A stretch of DNA of 64,000 nt from positions 185,312 to 249,311 of the forward strand of contig CAWEZF010000002.1 in assembly GCA_963813455.1 (NCBI GenBank), written 5' to 3'. The translations under genes were made by a program, and so were the position numbers. Shown one piece after another: positions 61,138-64,000 of this stretch; the first letter of the stretch is position 1; the number at the start of each line of letters is the position of its first letter. The notes below the pieces were generated by a model, which saw only the letters and a list, made by a program, of their open reading frames with translations, did not search any database and was not told the DNA's origin. Source of the DNA: an uncultured delta proteobacterium (GTDB lineage Bacteria > Desulfobacterota > Syntrophia > Syntrophales > Smithellaceae).

Positions 61138-63022
61138 AGTTATTGTGTTCGTCACCGGAAGTTTTATCCGCGTATGATTCGTTGTCCCAGGCGTGATCGT
61201 TAAGAGTGGGGTTTGCCTCGCGGTCAGCGGTCAGGAGCTGCTCCTGAATCTCAATTTGCTCGCGGGTGTTAAAAATATAAGCTTCCTGGTCGTGACGATG
61301 GGCCGCTAATTTTTTCAGCGCCGCCTCGTCGTATTTGATGAAGTTTTGCCCCGCGCGGACGGCGCTGTATTTGCGGAAACCCAGCGCGATAAGCGCGTCA
61401 ACACCGAGGCGCACGGATGTATCTAGCGATTCGCGGTAAATATCATTTATGCCCGCGTCAATCAATTCGTAGGCGTCAAGCCTGCTTTTGGCGCGCACCA
61501 TGACTCGCAGATGGGGGAATTCTTTTTTGATCGTATCCACGAGCGAAAGATTTATTTCCGGCGAGTCGATGGCCGCAATAAGTATTTTAGCCTCATCAGC
61601 TCCCGCGTATTTTAAGATATCCAAACGAGTGGTATCACCGTAATAGACTTTAAATCCCATTTTTCTTAAAACGTCCACCCGGTCTGAATCATTATCCAGG
61701 ATAACCGCCTTGACGCCGTTGGCGCGCAGAAAACGGCCGATGGTACTGCCAAAGTGACCAAACCCCGCGATAATTACCGTGCGGCGCGTGTCGACAATGT
61801 CGGCTTCTTTTTCTTCCGCGGTTTCTTTTGTTCCGAACCTGGGCAGTATAAGGCGCTCATTGGCTAGCAAAAGAAGTGGTGTCATGGTCATGCTGATGGC
61901 AGTCGCGCCCATCATCATGTCCGTCCAGTGCGCGGAAAGAATATTTACTTGTGAGATAAAGGCGAACAGAACAAAAGCAAATTCTCCCACCTGCGAAAGG
62001 CCAAGTGTAAAAATCATATTCTGGTCAAAGCTCAGGCGTGAGAATTTGCCGGTGGCAAAAAGAACAATTGCCTTAATTGCCATGAGACTAAAAACCAAAA
62101 TGGCGACAGTCAGCGGATTCGTGACAATTAACTTGAAATTTATGGAGGCGCCGACGGCAATGAAAAATAAACCAAGCAAAACTCCCTTGAATGGTTCGAT
62201 ATCACTTTCCAGTTCGTGGCGGAACTCACTGTTGGCCAAAACTACTCCCGCCAGGAATGTTCCCAACGCCGGGCTTAAACCCACTACGGTCATCAGATCA
62301 GCTGTGGCGATTACGATTAACAGCGCCGCTGCCGTGAATAATTCCCGCAGGCGTATGCGGGCGATGAAGCGCAGGAAAGGAACAAACAGGAATCTGCCCG
62401 CCAGCACGACCGCGTTTGCGGCAGCCAGCAAAACAAGCGTCTGCGCCCATCCATGAAGTCCTTCCATTAAAGAAGCGTGTCCGGACGAAGAGGTTTGGAC
62501 TCCGGATGCAGCCAAAAGCGGCAGGAGCGCCAAAATTGGGATAACGGCGATATCCTGAAATAAGAGCACGGCAAAAGAGCTTCGCCCTGATTGAGTTTTG
62601 GTAAGCCCTTTTTCGCGCAGCGTCTGCATGACAATGGCCGTGGAAGACATGGAAAGCGCCAGCCCGCAGGCGAGCGCCGCCTGCCAGGAAAAACCTATCA
62701 ATAATAAGGCCACGCAGCATAAAAGCGTTGTCGCGCCCATCTGTATGATGCCTGTGCCTAAAATAAGCTTGCGCATCCGCCAGAAAGCAGAAGGTTCCAA
62801 TTCCAGGCCGATTAAAAAAAGCATCATCACCACGCCGAATTCAGCAAAGTGCATAATGTCTTTTCCCTCCTCGCCGATAAAGCCCAGAAAAAATGGCCCG
62901 ATGATAATGCCGCCGATGAGGTAGCCTAAAACCGAACCCATTCCCAGCTTTTTGGCGAGCGGGACAAAGATTACGGTGGCAGCCAGATAAATTAATGCGT
63001 CATGTAAGAATATGGCGCTCAT
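61136..63022 (-). CDS. kefC: glutathione-regulated potassium-efflux antiporter (CPA2 family with RCK/KTN domain; KefC/KefB-type)
   Basis: 628-aa ORF. Roughly 12-13 TM Na_H_Exchanger region, then a Rossmann-type IIAGFGHFG RCK domain. I cannot distinguish kefC from kefB. Confidence 0.85.
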   Translation of the reverse strand: MSAIFLHDALIYLAATVIFVPLAKKLGMGSVLGYLIGGIIIGPFFLGFIGEEGKDIMHFAEFGVVMMLFLIGLELEPSAFWRMRKLILGTGIIQMGATTLLCCVALLLIGFSWQAALACGLALSMSSTAIVMQTLREKGLTKTQSGRSSFAVLLFQDIAVIPILALLPLLAASGVQTSSSGHASLMEGLHGWAQTLVLLAAANAVVLAGRFLFVPFLRFIARIRLRELFTAAALLIVIATADLMTVVGLSPALGTFLAGVVLANSEFRHELESDIEPFKGVLLGLFFIAVGASINFKLIVTNPLTVAILVFSLMAIKAIVLFATGKFSRLSFDQNMIFTLGLSQVGEFAFVLFAFISQVNILSAHWTDMMMGATAISMTMTPLLLLANERLILPRFGTKETAEEKEADIVDTRRTVIIAGFGHFGSTIGRFLRANGVKAVILDNDSDRVDVLRKMGFKVYYGDTTRLDILKYAGADEAKILIAAIDSPEINLSLVDTIKKEFPHLRVMVRAKSRLDAYELIDAGINDIYRESLDTSVRLGVDALIALGFRKYSAVRAGQNFIKYDEAALKKLAAHRHDQEAYIFNTREQIEIQEQLLTADREANPTLNDHAWDNESYADKTSGDEHNN

Positions 63023-63627
63023 AAATTCGCCCCCGTTTCTTTAGCCAGCCAGTCATTGAGATAATCGTATTTTTGTATCGTCTTAATATGGAATTCGCCA
63101 TGGACAAGTTTTTCTAAAAGTGTCTGATAAAGGCGGGCGTAAGCGGCAAGATGTTTTTCGGTTAAAAGATGCGTGCCGTGGACGGCAAAAGGCGGCAGAT
63201 AAATCATTTTGCAGAGGTTAGCCGTTTGCTCAAAAGGTATAAGAAATTCACGGATGGTGAATTTATTATGGCCGCCCGCCGTGTAGGCTTCTTTTGTGCC
63301 GCCGATTGTCAGCGCGTTGAAGATAATTTTATCTTTCAGATTATTTCCGCGGCTTCCGTGCGCCCACCCGTGTTCCAGCACCATATCCATCCATTGTTTG
63401 AGCAGGGCCGGTGCGCCGTATGTGTAAAAAGGGTGATGCCAGACGATAATTTCGTGCGCCAGCAGCAAATTATTTTCGTGTTTGATATCGATATTAAAGT
63501 CGGGATATTCTTCGTACAAATCATGCAGTGTAACGCTCTCTGCTTGCTCTATGTTTTTGAGCAGGGCGCGGCTGGTTTTTGATTGTTCAAATCGCGGATG
63601 GGCGAACAGGATTAATATTTTGTTCAT
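63019..63627 (-). CDS. kefF: flavodoxin-like NAD(P)H oxidoreductase, Kef ancillary subunit (KefF/KefG-type)
   Basis: MNKILILFAHPRFEQSKTSRALL.. N-terminus typical of KefF/KefG. Its stop overlaps the start of the antiporter gene. I cannot distinguish kefF from kefG. Confidence 0.78.
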   Translation of the reverse strand: MNKILILFAHPRFEQSKTSRALLKNIEQAESVTLHDLYEEYPDFNIDIKHENNLLLAHEIIVWHHPFYTYGAPALLKQWMDMVLEHGWAHGSRGNNLKDKIIFNALTIGGTKEAYTAGGHNKFTIREFLIPFEQTANLCKMIYLPPFAVHGTHLLTEKHLAAYARLYQTLLEKLVHGEFHIKTIQKYDYLNDWLAKETGANL

Positions 63628-64000
63628 GAGCGTTACCGATTAATAATGTAAATAAATATGATAAGTGATGTTAAGTTTTAGCATATTTAAAAGTATACTT
63701 CTTTACTTTTTTTAAGAAAAGCTTATGGGCAATGTAGGGCGAATTTTAAATATAGAAAAAATGCCGTTATATCTTCTTGCCAGTATTTTTTATTACGCAC
63801 TCCATCGAGGATGTTACCATGAATTTTACTCAATAAATTTCATATATTATAGTTTTGCGATAATATAGGTATTGCTATTTTAGATTAATTGATTAAATGT
63901 TTTTAAGTAATGACGTTGTTCTTTTTCTTGAGCGTTTCTTCTCTGTGGTAAGGATGTAGTCATCTTGAAGCTTGTATGGCGGTGTGTGGTAATAAAAAAT

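Overview
This is a 64-kb chromosomal window from a diderm (Gram-negative-type) bacterium of moderate GC. It looks like a draft or metagenome-derived assembly (inference). About 95% is ordinary housekeeping sequence. That includes propionyl-CoA synthetase; mnmG; a split histidine operon (hisH-hisF at 17.6-19.0 kb, hisI-hisG-hisB-x-hisA-HIT at 34-37.8 kb); and pdxS-pdxT. It also includes a MacAB-like ABC efflux cluster; a yqeY-dnaG-rpoD-tRNA-Met operon; ileS-lspA; htpX; dedA; groES-groEL; radA; serC-purA-serA; tRNA-Lys; an acyl-CoA cluster (PaaI thioesterase, long acyl-CoA dehydrogenase, CaiB-type CoA-transferase); and a KefF/KefC-type potassium efflux pair. I saw no rRNA, CRISPR array, transposase or integrase. 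The one clearly accessory stretch is about 5.5-7.9 kb. It is a visibly AT-richer island holding a hicB-hicA toxin-antitoxin pair and an orphan DUF3800-like gene. Each module is followed by a related attC-like imperfect palindrome. The DUF3800 ORF is bracketed by a perfect 10-bp inverted repeat. The hicBA module is bracketed by an in-frame 177-bp duplicate of the 3' end of the neighbouring methyltransferase gene. Together these look like an integron-cassette or CALIN-like remnant, or another site-specific insertion scar. Two other points deserve a second look. First, the primary sigma factor has no recognisable region 4.2 in any frame, although canonical TTGACA -35 boxes occur in the window. 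Second, at least 12 frameshifts interrupt conserved genes, including essential ileS, and four of them cluster in htpX. Most are repaired by removing a single base, often in a homopolymer run, which points mainly to sequence error. Product calls come from motif recognition in the supplied translations. No database search was run.
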